DNA from: Candidatus Heimdallarchaeota archaeon
GTDB taxonomy: Archaea; Asgardarchaeota; Heimdallarchaeia; Hodarchaeales; Hodarchaeaceae
Assembly: GCA_048881705.1 (NCBI GenBank)
Contig: JBHLSH010000001.1
Location: 64,001 to 128,000 of the forward strand
DNA: 64,000 nucleotides
Direction of reading: 5' to 3'
Under the pieces are notes generated by a model. That model did no database searches. It was not told the DNA's origin and saw nothing but the letters and a program-made list of their open reading frames with translations. Each line of letters begins with the position of its first letter. Position 1 is the first letter of the stretch. Shown piece by piece: positions 19,001-28,707 of this stretch. The translations under genes and the position numbers were made by a program.

Positions 19001-19569
19001 ACGTGTACCGCATTTTTTGTTGTTCTCCTGGTTACCTGGATTTTTTCCTCATCAAAATCCACGAACTTGGTGTAAAGATCCAAGATCTCCCTATTATGAA
19101 CCAAAATTGCGATATTTTTTCCCCGTAAAATCTCCGAAATCTGGCTATGGGTCTTCAGGACGTTGGTACTGAAATTCAGAATCTGTTGAGGATCAAAACT
19201 AGGAATTTGAAGAGCCCGAATATTGTCAGTCTCTTGCGGGATAAATTTAGCGATTTCTTTGATGTTGTTAGCCAAATCAAAGTAAATCTTTCGATACCCA
19301 GTTAATAAGCTCTCTGTCAAATTCTCAGTAAGTTCGCGATATTTTCCTTCTTTTTGCGCCAAACTTTTCTTGAGACCACGCTTTTTGAAAAAACCTGCGT
19401 CAGGAAGGTCTTTTTTTATCCTTTCTATTTCAGTTACCAGCTTTTGTGCTTCGTTAAGCGGAGAGATAATTTGCACCATAGGATCTAATGACCTTAGTTC
19501 TGTAGCTAATCCACCAATCTCGTGCAGTTGTTCCTTTGAGACGTGACTCATGCGTGTATCTGATGACAT
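16057..19569 (-). CDS. Giant alpha-helical repeat protein (~1170 aa), first gene of the tubulin-like operon
   Basis: Long uninterrupted ORF, all-helical composition, recurrent ~65-70-aa motif. Probable ATG at 19569 (ORF track 19614). Ends 25 nt before the tubulin-like ATG. Confidence 0.85.
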   Translation of the reverse strand: MSSDTRMSHVSKEQLHEIGGLATELRSLDPMVQIISPLNEAQKLVTEIERIKKDLPDAGFFKKRGLKKSLAQKEGKYRELTENLTESLLTGYRKIYFDLANNIKEIAKFIPQETDNIRALQIPSFDPQQILNFSTNVLKTHSQISEILRGKNIAILVHNREILDLYTKFVDFDEEKIQVTRRTTKNAVHVMGVSDLLELYNHLETESAYLKQRRKGTEGKIQVAIIQMSSELQQHLDTVTSISLASELGDKINLLKDQVQEIKSNAEDSSSVESLILWEKGLNELNSEFLNSLRTYEISLKAETEERIGRILQISGKLGLESSLASAPEINVSTTDLSEIIRDIEKLRTWQQNQVLATRDLISTAALMNAGKTIKAMKIPIPEEFTKELRIIDKDAKNAQNMSTWMALVQRYFDLLAMLADACQQYFYRLLENPYIQEAINVSEGPQIPIIRDLKDFAPSELVAKAREIKDWETRLVAFFSKPAQQSLRQNLLNLLDSRESLQKLLSEPTTQQIETQRKQKSVEDKEIRELVREIDILTRLKSTIRTEILSAIDAEINPIYSQLTILETIPPKLKAHVPVLALDDLKAFRDGIAIAAEEGLPQLLDEYEKIPVWKYKIATRVRENLKAIPFPLIPIETRFDLREKRNEIIGNIDQLSEDGNMEAMIQEYIGFLRTIEEYKNEILVELKKQIENLEEVDKRLYRLLKSRRTSPTFSTEREFDVLDYSEALTEYWQLNAYIERRVAALTEQMEREIHSHIQDYSKLPPQYAEFFEEPISLMRERMEEIKTHKDIVQLVNIYESYSLESLQLAKNSLAKLHQNLHNWLRVSLPRINEIVPVDAAVFAAETKIADFEVEDVSHERLANKLRQLIFLYDTEIVAILLAQAVVESKKILKNVNDLKDMGISIISHVGGYIERFSQVLVKNQEDVNIKEITEVFTEIDSLQTDSAACREIRSMGDQIIQSINAAINYLAQYHNRNLSQDNRLDFSAIGVFQKLSSVTHVGHLTEALIRLNQVSRQVSDTIKVVEADRSIALQAELGQLKYYSSIQEVFSRFSEEASDSIYPLSELIKAREELTHSQSLKRILELLPFIDQKRVEWVKVSNQLNRWHRAIRMFRPRYTPTENPEENLRQYKDIKKKIKETYPQNNVIQAYLSLVMRLFIENKTSVNLD

Positions 19570-19730
19570 AACCACCAATTCCACTAAATTCGAATTAAAG
19601 CTTATTAAGGGCATTTAATATTGAATCTAGATCAATGAAATTATAGTTCCTTTTAAATTCTTATCATTTGGAAGTCCTGATTACGGTTGAAAACTGTATG
19701 TGACATCATGTATGAGAGATTCAATATGCT

Positions 19731-21356
19731 GTGGTGATAGAAATCGAAATTTTTGATCTGATTATTCGTAATGGAGCCATATTCGATGGTAGTGGAAACC
19801 CCCCTTTCCGTGGAGATATAGCCATCAATGATGATCGTATCAGAGCAATAGGATCATTAGAAAGAGAACACGCAAAGCAAGAAATCGATGCAAATAATCT
19901 GGCTATAGCCCCAGGATTCATTAATATGCTCAGCTGGGCGTGTGATTCATTAATTGAGGATGGTAGGTCATTAAGTGATATAAAACAGGGAATCACTCTG
20001 GAGATTTTCGGCGAGGGATGGTCAATGGGACCACTAAATGATCAGATGAAAGAGGAATCACTCAAAAGGCAGGGAGATATCAAATATGATATCTCTTGGA
20101 CGACTCTATCAGAATACCTGGAATACTTAGAAAAAAAAGGAGTTGCCCCGAATATTGCATCTTTTGTGGGTGCAACGACCGTCAGAATTCATGCGCTTGG
20201 ATATGAAGATCGAAACCCAACTGAGGATGAAATGTATGAGATGACAGAATTGGTTGATCAAGCAATGCGAGAGGGCGCTCTCGGGGTTGCTTCTGCATTA
20301 ATATATCCACCTGCGTTTTATGCGGAGACGGAAGAGTTAATAGAACTTTGTAAGGTAGCAGCCAGATATGATGGCATGTATATAACTCATCTCAGGAGTG
20401 AAGGAGCGAAATTCCATGAAGCAATTGATGAATTAATCAGTATTGCAAAGGCAGCAAATATTCGGGCCGAAATTTATCATTTGAAGGCGGCTGGCAAAAA
20501 TAATTGGTATAAACTGGATTCAGCAATACAAAAAATCAATGATGCAAGAAAACATGGGATTCAGATTACGACTGATTGTTACACTTATACTGCAGGAGCT
20601 ACGGGATTATCATCATCTTTTCCTCCTTGGACTTATGAAGGAGGGCATGATGAATTCATTAAAAGGCTAAAAGATCCAGACCTAAGAAAAAGGATAATGA
20701 CAGAGGCGCAAGAACAAACTGATGACTGGGAAAATCTTTTTTTGGAATCTGGCCCTGAAAATATGCTTTTAGTCTCCTTTAAATCCGATGACCTTAAGGT
20801 TTTAACGGGAAAAACATTAGCACAAGTAGCAAAAGATAGAGGAACTTCCCCTCTCACTACAGCAATGGACTTGATTATTGAAGATGACAGTAGAGTCGGA
20901 ACGGTGTATTTTATGATGTCGGAAGACAATGTGGCAAAGAAGATCCAACTTCCCTACATGTCTTTTGGATCCGATGCCGCTAGTGTTGCCTCGGAGGGTG
21001 TTTTTTTAAAATCAAATCCGCACCCAAGAGCTTATGGGAACGTCGCCAAATTACTGGGACATTATTGTCGTGAGGAAAAGCTACTCCCACTGGAGGAAGC
21101 AATAAGAAAACTCTCCTCACTTCCAGCTAGTAACCTGAGAATTCAGGATAGAGGAGCTCTAAAAGAGGGATTTTTTGCCGATATCGCCGTTTTTGATCCA
21201 AATAAAATAATCGATAATGCCACCTACGAGAATCCACATCATTATGCCTCAGGTATGATTCATGTATTTGTTAATGGAACTCAGGTGTTAAAAGACGGAA
21301 AACCCACCAATAAAACTCCAGGACGGGTAGTTAGAGGGCCCGGCTGGAATTATTGA
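19731..21356 (+). CDS. N-acyl-D-amino-acid deacylase (D-aminoacylase, amidohydrolase_3)
   Basis: DLIIRNGAIFDGSG, APGFINMLS, HLRSEG, GSDA, HPRAYG, GFFADIAVFD, VFVNG, PGRVVRG. Confidence 0.92.
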   Translation: MVIEIEIFDLIIRNGAIFDGSGNPPFRGDIAINDDRIRAIGSLEREHAKQEIDANNLAIAPGFINMLSWACDSLIEDGRSLSDIKQGITLEIFGEGWSMGPLNDQMKEESLKRQGDIKYDISWTTLSEYLEYLEKKGVAPNIASFVGATTVRIHALGYEDRNPTEDEMYEMTELVDQAMREGALGVASALIYPPAFYAETEELIELCKVAARYDGMYITHLRSEGAKFHEAIDELISIAKAANIRAEIYHLKAAGKNNWYKLDSAIQKINDARKHGIQITTDCYTYTAGATGLSSSFPPWTYEGGHDEFIKRLKDPDLRKRIMTEAQEQTDDWENLFLESGPENMLLVSFKSDDLKVLTGKTLAQVAKDRGTSPLTTAMDLIIEDDSRVGTVYFMMSEDNVAKKIQLPYMSFGSDAASVASEGVFLKSNPHPRAYGNVAKLLGHYCREEKLLPLEEAIRKLSSLPASNLRIQDRGALKEGFFADIAVFDPNKIIDNATYENPHHYASGMIHVFVNGTQVLKDGKPTNKTPGRVVRGPGWNY

Positions 21357-21487
21357 TTTTCTAACTCCATCTCTTATTCCAAGAGGTGCAGGATATATGG
21401 CAAATCTGAAACCAATCCAGGACGGATATCCCTTAAGTCATAAAGCTTTCTGTCTGAGCCCGAGATGTATCAAGGCATAGACGTTTA

Positions 21488-22297
21488 ATGGTCAATCTGA
21501 TGAATTCAGTCACTTGTTTACTCTTAAGTATTGGCAATGAACTGGTGCTAGGAAAGACAATTAATTCTAATGCATCGTTTCTAGCAGATCAATTAACAAG
21601 AATCGGTACCGTCGTTACAAAAATTGTAACAATACCTGATGACGAAAAAATGGTTGTAAAAGAGATAAACCAGGCCTTAAAAGAAAATTATCGAATAATA
21701 ATAGTTACTGGGGGCTTGGGCCCAACTTGGGATGATTCGACGGCTGCTTTCCTAGCCAAGGCATTAAATGTCAGGATGGTCTTAGATTCAAAGGCTTTGG
21801 AAATGGTTACCAAACGCTACCAAGAGTTATATGACTTAGACCTGGTTAAAACAGCGGAGATAACGGAGGCCCGAAGAAAAATGGCATTTCTACCAGAAGG
21901 AACCAAACCTGTTGAAAATTCAATAGGAACCGCGCCAGGAATCTTTTATGAGCACCATACTTTCAATACTTGTATTTATTGTCTACCTGGCGTTCCACGG
22001 GAGATGGAGGTGATGTATACGATCATAGAACCGCATATCATTACATTAATCAAAGCCCAAGATGCCCACTACTTCGAAATCAATTATACGACCTCTTTTA
22101 CGGATGAATCCCTATTGGCGCCGTTTTTGGAAAAGGTAAGAGAGAAATATGATGTATGGATAAAATCGTTCCCCACTTCTGGTGCAATCAAGCTTATAAT
22201 TTCCAAATCAGGCCAAGAAAGTGTTAGAAAAGAGGTTGAGGACGCAAAACTGTACCTAGATAATTTGATTGATGACAAAAATAGAACTGCTCACTAG
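21488..22297 (+). CDS. CinA-like molybdopterin-binding-domain protein (NMN deamidase-related N-terminal domain)
   Basis: IGNELVLGKTINSNASFLA, IPDDE, TGGLGPTWDDST, GTAPG, LPGVPREM. Confidence 0.9.
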   Translation: MVNLMNSVTCLLLSIGNELVLGKTINSNASFLADQLTRIGTVVTKIVTIPDDEKMVVKEINQALKENYRIIIVTGGLGPTWDDSTAAFLAKALNVRMVLDSKALEMVTKRYQELYDLDLVKTAEITEARRKMAFLPEGTKPVENSIGTAPGIFYEHHTFNTCIYCLPGVPREMEVMYTIIEPHIITLIKAQDAHYFEINYTTSFTDESLLAPFLEKVREKYDVWIKSFPTSGAIKLIISKSGQESVRKEVEDAKLYLDNLIDDKNRTAH

Positions 22298-22490
22298 ATA
22301 ATGATGAGATTTCCAATCAAGGAAATATGTCTTTAAGGGAAGTACTCGTATCAGGAATCTCTTTAATGCTAGTTCTCAGTCGGAGTACCAAAAGGCATAA
22401 AATATGATTGGAAGTGTATTAGGTCATAAATGGCCTGGCCATTTAAAAGATAAATTATAGCAATCTTAATAGAAAGATCTACTATCACTT

Positions 22491-24812
22491 ATGGATAGTG
22501 AGGAACATTTGTCAACTAATGGTAAATTACTCCTATTAAAGGTCGCCGAGGCAAATCAGAGTGATGTTGGTCGAGGATTAGTTCGGATTGACTATAAGAT
22601 CATGAGAGAATCCAATCTTGAGACTGGTGATATAGTAGAGATTAGTAAAGATCCAGGTAATGGGCGGAAAACGGGTGCCCTAGTAATTCCTGGACGCCAA
22701 GAAGATCGGGGAAAGCGTATTATTCGCATGGATGGCCTGATTCGCGGGAATGTAGGAACGTCTCTGGGAGAAACGGTTCGCGTTAGACCAATCAAAAAAC
22801 GTATTGCACGGCGAATTGTAATTGCTCCTGCTGAGGAACGCATACGATTATTAGTAAAACCTGAAATCATCCAAGAACGTCTTCAGAATCACCCGTTATC
22901 GCGTGGTGATCTACTGGTCATTATGGGGCAAATTCGGAAGATTCCCCCCTCAGGCGGACCGGGTACAGGTACTGGGATGGACGACTTTATTTCAAGGTTT
23001 TTTGGTGCTTCCCGCCCCGTAAGTCTCGGGGAAATAAAGGTGGTAGTCGTATCTACAGACCCTGATGGCATTGTGACGGTAGGGGAATCCACAATCGTAG
23101 AGATCATTGAAGAGGCTCCAAAGGATCTTCGAATGTTACCACGTGTAACCTATGAGGACATTGGAGGTCTCTCAGAAGAGATTAAGCGAGTACGGGAGAT
23201 GATTGAGTTACCGATGAAACACCCCGAACTGTTCGAGCGGCTGGGTATTGATCCGCCAAAAGGGGTGTTGTTGCACGGGCCCCCAGGGACAGGAAAAACT
23301 TTGTTGGCTAAAGCGGTGGCCAATGAATCTGGAGTTAATTTTGTCTCCATTGCAGGCCCCGAAATAATGAGCAAATTTTATGGAGAGAGCGAACAACGTA
23401 TTCGGGAGATCTTCAAACAATCCGAAAAAGATGCCCCCAGCATCATTTTTATTGATGAACTTGACTCGATAGCGGCCAAACGCGAAGAAGTGACTGGAGA
23501 AGTCGAACGCCGAGTCGTTGCACAACTTCTCGCACTAATGGATGGATTGAAAAGCCGAGGTAAAGTAATTGTGATTGGGGCAACTAATCGGCCTAATGCG
23601 CTTGATCCTGCCCTCCGAAGGCCTGGGCGCTTTGATAGGGAGATAGAAATTGGGGTACCCGACCAAAATGGACGGTACGAGGTTCTTCTTGTCCATACAC
23701 GAGGTATGCCGTTGGCTGAAGATGTTGACCTAAGAGAATACGCAGCTAAGACGCATGGATTTGTTGGAGCTGATCTTGCTGCGCTAATCAAAGAGGCTGC
23801 TATGCATACTCTTCGTAAAATCCTCCCTAAGATCGATTTTGATAAACCTCTAACCCCAGAAATATTGTCAAAGTTAATAGTGTCCAATGAAAACTTTGAT
23901 GAGGCATTAAAAATAACTGAACCCTCAGCCATGCGAGAAGTATTACTTGAAATACCGAATATCAGATGGGAGGATATAGGAGGCCTTGAGGATGTTAAAC
24001 AACAGCTGAAAGAAGCGGTGGAATGGCCAATCACATATCCTCAAATCTTTAAAAAACATGGGGTCACCCCACCGCATGGAATTCTGTTATATGGCCCCCC
24101 TGGGACCGGAAAAACCTTGTTAGCTAAGGCAGTAGCCACTGAAAGCCAAGCGAATTTCATCGCAATTCGCGGCCCAGAGCTTCTTTCGAAATGGGTGGGT
24201 GAGAGTGAAAAGGCTATAAGAGATGTGTTCCGTAAGGCCAAACAAGCTAGCCCTTCGATTATATTTCTAGATGAACTAGATGCCATTGCTCCACGTCGAG
24301 GGGTTTTTAGCGGCGGAAGTCATGTAATGGAAAGCGTGGTAAATCAAATCCTGTCATTGATAGATGGTCTTGAGAATCTGAGAGATGTTGTAGTGCTAGC
24401 AGCCTCAAATCGACCAGATATGATTGATCCAGCCCTTCTAAGACCAGGCAGGTTTGATCGGCTGCTTTTGGTTAAATCCCCAGATGTTTCTTCACGTGAA
24501 AAAATCTTACGAATCCACACACGGAAAATGCGGTTAGGAAAAGACGTTAATCTGGTTCAGTTGGCAGATGATCTTGAAAGTTATGTTGGTGCCGATATTG
24601 AAGCTATATGCCGGGAAGCAGTGATGATTGCACTACGAGACGATCTAAATATTGAAACAATTGAAATGAGGCATTTTGAAGCTGCAAAAAAGATTGTTCA
24701 TGCCAGTTCTGGACCAGAAATTGAGCAACGATTCCAAGAACTAGAACGAAAACTCCTTGGCAAGTCAGAAATCGGGAGAAAAGACGTCCTTGGCTTGAAG
24801 GATTATCTATGA
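22491..24812 (+). CDS. cdc48: Cdc48/VCP AAA ATPase
   Basis: N-domain [10 protein letters not shown]; two AAA cassettes ([18 protein letters not shown] / [18 protein letters not shown]; FIDELD / FLDELD; ALRRPGRFD / ALLRPGRFD). Confidence 0.97.
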   Translation: MDSEEHLSTNGKLLLLKVAEANQSDVGRGLVRIDYKIMRESNLETGDIVEISKDPGNGRKTGALVIPGRQEDRGKRIIRMDGLIRGNVGTSLGETVRVRPIKKRIARRIVIAPAEERIRLLVKPEIIQERLQNHPLSRGDLLVIMGQIRKIPPSGGPGTGTGMDDFISRFFGASRPVSLGEIKVVVVSTDPDGIVTVGESTIVEIIEEAPKDLRMLPRVTYEDIGGLSEEIKRVREMIELPMKHPELFERLGIDPPKGVLLHGPPGTGKTLLAKAVANESGVNFVSIAGPEIMSKFYGESEQRIREIFKQSEKDAPSIIFIDELDSIAAKREEVTGEVERRVVAQLLALMDGLKSRGKVIVIGATNRPNALDPALRRPGRFDREIEIGVPDQNGRYEVLLVHTRGMPLAEDVDLREYAAKTHGFVGADLAALIKEAAMHTLRKILPKIDFDKPLTPEILSKLIVSNENFDEALKITEPSAMREVLLEIPNIRWEDIGGLEDVKQQLKEAVEWPITYPQIFKKHGVTPPHGILLYGPPGTGKTLLAKAVATESQANFIAIRGPELLSKWVGESEKAIRDVFRKAKQASPSIIFLDELDAIAPRRGVFSGGSHVMESVVNQILSLIDGLENLRDVVVLAASNRPDMIDPALLRPGRFDRLLLVKSPDVSSREKILRIHTRKMRLGKDVNLVQLADDLESYVGADIEAICREAVMIALRDDLNIETIEMRHFEAAKKIVHASSGPEIEQRFQELERKLLGKSEIGRKDVLGLKDYL

Positions 24813-24838
24813 TTTACCAAAACCGTCTTCATTTTCGA

Positions 24839-25777
24839 TCAGGAAGATCTCTTTTTATAGAGATCCAATGGCCATTGTTTTTCAAACATCCGTCGTAATA
24901 CAGCCGACGAGAATTGTTCAATTTCGATGGGTTGGGCGGCTGACTTCATTATCCGCTCTGAAATCAGCTTTGCTCGTACTACCGAATCCGAATATCCAAT
25001 GATGAGCCCTACCACCAAGGGATAGTTTTTCACGATGACCAACTGCAAATCCGATGCTGTTACTACCTCCATTCCAACTGGATTTTCATCCAATCTTGAT
25101 ACCGTTTCGGAGAGTCCAGCATTTATCGCATCTAGAATCTCAGGATTAACCGATACAAACTTGGTGGTATAAATTTTGTGGGATTCAAGGTCGATAAGGA
25201 TAACCTGACGAACTTTGCACTTAAATGTTGATTCTTTTCCCGCGATAACGTCGGCGAGCCAGTCGAAGGCATCATAGAAGTTTTCTCCTGTTTTTGCTGA
25301 TACACGAAATAGACCCACGGGTCTATTTGTAGAACGAGTGGCCCGTGTTAAATCCAAATCCTGGACAATTAGTTCAAAGGCACGTGCTCCAGGTAGGTCT
25401 ATTTTATTCGCGATGAATAACACAGGTGCTTTTTCGTTGCGTTTAATAGAATCCCAAAAAGCATCTGAAGCTTCAGAGATACGAATATCAGCGCTATCTA
25501 GGACGAATACAATTGCATTAGCTTTATCTAGGGAGGCATCCCAGAGTAAATTTCTGTAAATTTGTTGCCCACCAAGATCCACGAGATTAAACTCTATTTG
25601 TCGGTATTTTACTGTACGATAATTAACCCCTAATGTTCTAGTTGTAGGAATGAACTCTGAACGAAGTAAGCGGTTCACAATCGTAGTCTTACCAGCTCCA
25701 TCTAATCCGATAATGACGATTTGACTTGTTTCTGTTTTTGGCTTTCCTTTAAAGAACCTTCTAAGGATACTCGACAT
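24839..25777 (-). CDS. Arf-family small GTPase fused to a C-terminal longin/roadblock-like domain
   Basis: N-terminal amphipathic helix MSSILRRFFKGK; G1 GLDGAGKTT, G3 DLGGQ, G4 NKID, G5 SAK; extra ~130-aa alpha/beta C-terminal domain. Confidence 0.88.
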   Translation of the reverse strand: MSSILRRFFKGKPKTETSQIVIIGLDGAGKTTIVNRLLRSEFIPTTRTLGVNYRTVKYRQIEFNLVDLGGQQIYRNLLWDASLDKANAIVFVLDSADIRISEASDAFWDSIKRNEKAPVLFIANKIDLPGARAFELIVQDLDLTRATRSTNRPVGLFRVSAKTGENFYDAFDWLADVIAGKESTFKCKVRQVILIDLESHKIYTTKFVSVNPEILDAINAGLSETVSRLDENPVGMEVVTASDLQLVIVKNYPLVVGLIIGYSDSVVRAKLISERIMKSAAQPIEIEQFSSAVLRRMFEKQWPLDLYKKRSS

Positions 25778-25997
25778 GATTCAGAACCTTGTTAATCTAG
25801 GCTTACTCATCATTAGAAAAAGGTCAATTATGGTCTTGTGCAATCATGAAATTACTGGAGGAGGTTTTGAAAATAAGATTATTTAAATGATCCAAATAAA
25901 ACGCTCTCTTGATCTGAACTAAAGGCATTGATATCACTCAAAATCCTTATTTGACATGTAGTTCGGGATCTAAAAAACGGTATGGAACGAATTCAAC

Positions 25998-26957
25998 GTG
26001 AAAAGCTCTTTTCCAGAAACAGAAGAATTTAAGGCCCTTAAAGACACGATGGCGCGGATCAAGAACCTAACCATTCAGGGGGCCACGAATGTTGCGATTT
26101 ATGGGGTACAAGCATTTGCTCGGCATGCAAGTACGGTTCCTCTGGATGGAAAAGAACTTTTTGATCATTTGGAATCAGTTATACAACACCTTGGCAGTGT
26201 AAGAGTGACCGAACCTGGACTGAAAAATGGATTAAGGTATGTTATGACGGGAGTTTATACCGATGGCAAGGATGAGGCCATTCAATATGGAGAACATTAT
26301 ATTGGGCTAATTGAGTCTGCCAAGCAAAAGATATTCAAATTTGGGGCCGAGCGAATTCGTGATAACTCCGTTGTTTTCACCCACTGCCATAGTTCTATTA
26401 CTGTTGGGATTTTTTTGGAAGCGGCAAAGCAAGGGAAGGACTTCGAAGTCATTACCACCGAAACTCGGCCACTATATCAAGGCCGAAAAACTGCGCGAAT
26501 ACTCCTTCAAAACAACATCCACGTTACCCACATCGTTGATTCAGCAATGCGATGGGCCATGAACCGATATAATCCCCACATGGTTTTTCTTGGGGCAGAT
26601 GCAATCACAGTGGAAGGAGTGGCCCTAAACAAGATTGGTTCACGTCTTTGCTCATTGGCTGCAAGAGAAGAACATATCCCTCTCTATATTTGTACTTCGC
26701 TGTTAAAATATGACCAAACTACTAGCATCGGGCGTTTGAGCGAAATTGAGATGAGATCTCCCTTCGAAATATGGAAAGAAGATGCACCGGCTGGAATTAA
26801 GATTAAAAATCCTGCTTTTGAGACCATAGACCGTGGCCACATCGCAGCCTATATGACAGAGGTAGGATTGATACCTCCACAAACAGTTTCTCTCTTCTTT
26901 GACCGGATCTACGGGGATAAGATCAAAGATTATGAGCATTTAATACATCCGAATTAG
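25998..26957 (+). CDS. e2b2: Ribose-1,5-bisphosphate isomerase (eIF2B alpha/beta/delta-like family)
   Basis: IQGATNVA, FTHCHSS (catalytic Cys), TETRPLYQG, GADAI, NKIGS, NPAFE. Confidence 0.85.
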   Translation: MKSSFPETEEFKALKDTMARIKNLTIQGATNVAIYGVQAFARHASTVPLDGKELFDHLESVIQHLGSVRVTEPGLKNGLRYVMTGVYTDGKDEAIQYGEHYIGLIESAKQKIFKFGAERIRDNSVVFTHCHSSITVGIFLEAAKQGKDFEVITTETRPLYQGRKTARILLQNNIHVTHIVDSAMRWAMNRYNPHMVFLGADAITVEGVALNKIGSRLCSLAAREEHIPLYICTSLLKYDQTTSIGRLSEIEMRSPFEIWKEDAPAGIKIKNPAFETIDRGHIAAYMTEVGLIPPQTVSLFFDRIYGDKIKDYEHLIHPN

Positions 26958-26980
26958 ATTCCATTTCTTCTAGATGTGGG

Positions 26981-27343
26981 TCATCTAATGTCGGGGCCGT
27001 CCCCAATATAATAAGCATCATCCTCAATAAATCCAACCTTTTCGAGCTCCTCCCGTACAGTACCCAAGATGAGAACAATCTCGGAATCGTCATCTTTGAA
27101 GGGCCAAATCGTAAATCCAATAATTATCTCTGCAAAATGACTTTCCTCATCAAATTGCTCCAGCTCTACCACGAATGCTCTTGCAGTTCCCGCAAATTCT
27201 TGCGTAGAGTTTTGTGCAACTTCAATAAGGTTAGCGTCAACTTCCTCAAAAGTTAAATCCTCGTCTCCCTCTCGAAATAGCCCAGAAAACACGTAATAGC
27301 GTGTCACAGCCGCTGTTACTGATGGTCGGTAAACCATTTGCAT
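26981..27343 (-). CDS. Acidic hypothetical protein
   Basis: 120-aa ORF with protein-like composition at the end of a minus-strand gene run. Confidence 0.65.
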   Translation of the reverse strand: MQMVYRPSVTAAVTRYYVFSGLFREGDEDLTFEEVDANLIEVAQNSTQEFAGTARAFVVELEQFDEESHFAEIIIGFTIWPFKDDDSEIVLILGTVREELEKVGFIEDDAYYIGDGPDIR

Positions 27344-27420
27344 CTGCCTTATGTCTGCTACGTTTTCAGATCATCTTAAAATTTGTTACAACTTGGAACG
27401 TAAAAGACCTTGATGATAGT

Positions 27421-28689
27421 TTATTGGAACTTGGAAGAGTTGAAGAAGTCCGTCAGACGTTTTTGACGTAACAATGGACTTTGACGCGCATAACGATGCA
27501 TAGGAATTGTCAAATGGCTCTCAATGTACCGCAAAGCCGCTCTCAAACCTTCAAAACGATCAGGCACATTTTTTAATGCTGTTCTCATATTCTCTCGAAC
27601 CTGCCAAACGCCTAAAGGGATTGCATATCCAGATCCAACTTCTCGAAAAACTATCACTGACGCAATACGCCGTATTTGCCTTAATTTTTCCAAAACCGCT
27701 AGACGTGCTGCATAGTACCCTCCTACTGTATTAATAGCGTATGTTGTGCGTCCCTTGGGTCCTTCGGTATCAGATAGAATTTGAGGCATCGATCCAGTTA
27801 AATTCCATGCACTTTTCTGTTTCCATGTCTCATGGTAGTCAAAAAACCAAGCATCACGCGGTATGAAAAGAACCCAAAAATCGTTATCCAAATATGTATT
27901 ATGATAGACCAAATAGTCTTGAACTGGGGGATGGTCTTTGATTTGTTTCCTCAGATCATTACCAACCATATCGTCAACAGCTGTAATGCTCCAACGTGTC
28001 GGTACTAGACGTCTTTGCCTATTTAGTCCAAGAAGGCCTGCAGAAAGAATACGTGTAATCTGGGTAACAGTAGTTTGTGCTTTATATAGTTCATTGACGG
28101 CAGAAAATGCTATTAGGTCTGAATCCTGGACAATACGATCTACCTTGTGTTCAATCTTTGGGGTTGACGCCAATTGCAAAGTGTCTATCTGAACACGGGC
28201 ACCCATAGGTTGGATATTTCTAGTGAAGGTTAAATCTATCTTTGGTTTTTTCATAAATTTAATTTCTAAATCCACTGGGGACGAAGCTTGTACTTGTTCT
28301 TGAGTTAACTCCAACAATTTTGGGGGAGAGGTGACATCAGTAACTTTGTGAGGTTCTGTTCCCATAAAACGTAATAATTTTGCTCGAAAGTTCAGAACCT
28401 CCGCCATTGTAACACTAGTTCCCCATTGGTCAGGTTCATCAATGATCTGAATGTTATCGTGATCCAACGCCGCCATTGGCCCGACAAATACTTTAGGATA
28501 ACCAAATCGTCCGACAAATAAACTAGGAGGACTAGGGCCATAATATTCATTTTTCATCTCAGGTAACATTTTTTTTACTGGCGATAGGGCCTTAATCTTT
28601 AAGACAATGGGACAATAAGTTAATCCGCATAGTAATTTCCCTCCCTTACAACGTAAACATTCCTGGTCACTTGCAGGTACTGCAACCAT
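27421..28689 (-). CDS. nreA: Nre-family PCNA-interacting DNA repair protein
   Basis: CLRCKGGKLLCGLTYCPI, SPPSLFVGRFGYPKV, RRLVPTRWSITAVD, IPLGVWQVRE, C-terminal PIP box QKRLTDFF. Confidence 0.93.
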   Translation of the reverse strand: MVAVPASDQECLRCKGGKLLCGLTYCPIVLKIKALSPVKKMLPEMKNEYYGPSPPSLFVGRFGYPKVFVGPMAALDHDNIQIIDEPDQWGTSVTMAEVLNFRAKLLRFMGTEPHKVTDVTSPPKLLELTQEQVQASSPVDLEIKFMKKPKIDLTFTRNIQPMGARVQIDTLQLASTPKIEHKVDRIVQDSDLIAFSAVNELYKAQTTVTQITRILSAGLLGLNRQRRLVPTRWSITAVDDMVGNDLRKQIKDHPPVQDYLVYHNTYLDNDFWVLFIPRDAWFFDYHETWKQKSAWNLTGSMPQILSDTEGPKGRTTYAINTVGGYYAARLAVLEKLRQIRRIASVIVFREVGSGYAIPLGVWQVRENMRTALKNVPDRFEGLRAALRYIESHLTIPMHRYARQSPLLRQKRLTDFFNSSKFQ

Positions 28690-28707
28690 GTTATTCGCCT
28701 ATATCCT

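Noticed and set aside
22930-23030. Gly-rich insertion with MDDFISRFF helix in the Cdc48 N-domain
   Set aside because: Similar insertions are common in archaeal Cdc48 proteins, so it is not novel.
26950-26983. Selenocysteine read-through at the TGA ending 26981-27343
   Set aside because: Read-through adds only eight residues with no redox motif, and I recognised no SECIS-like hairpin.
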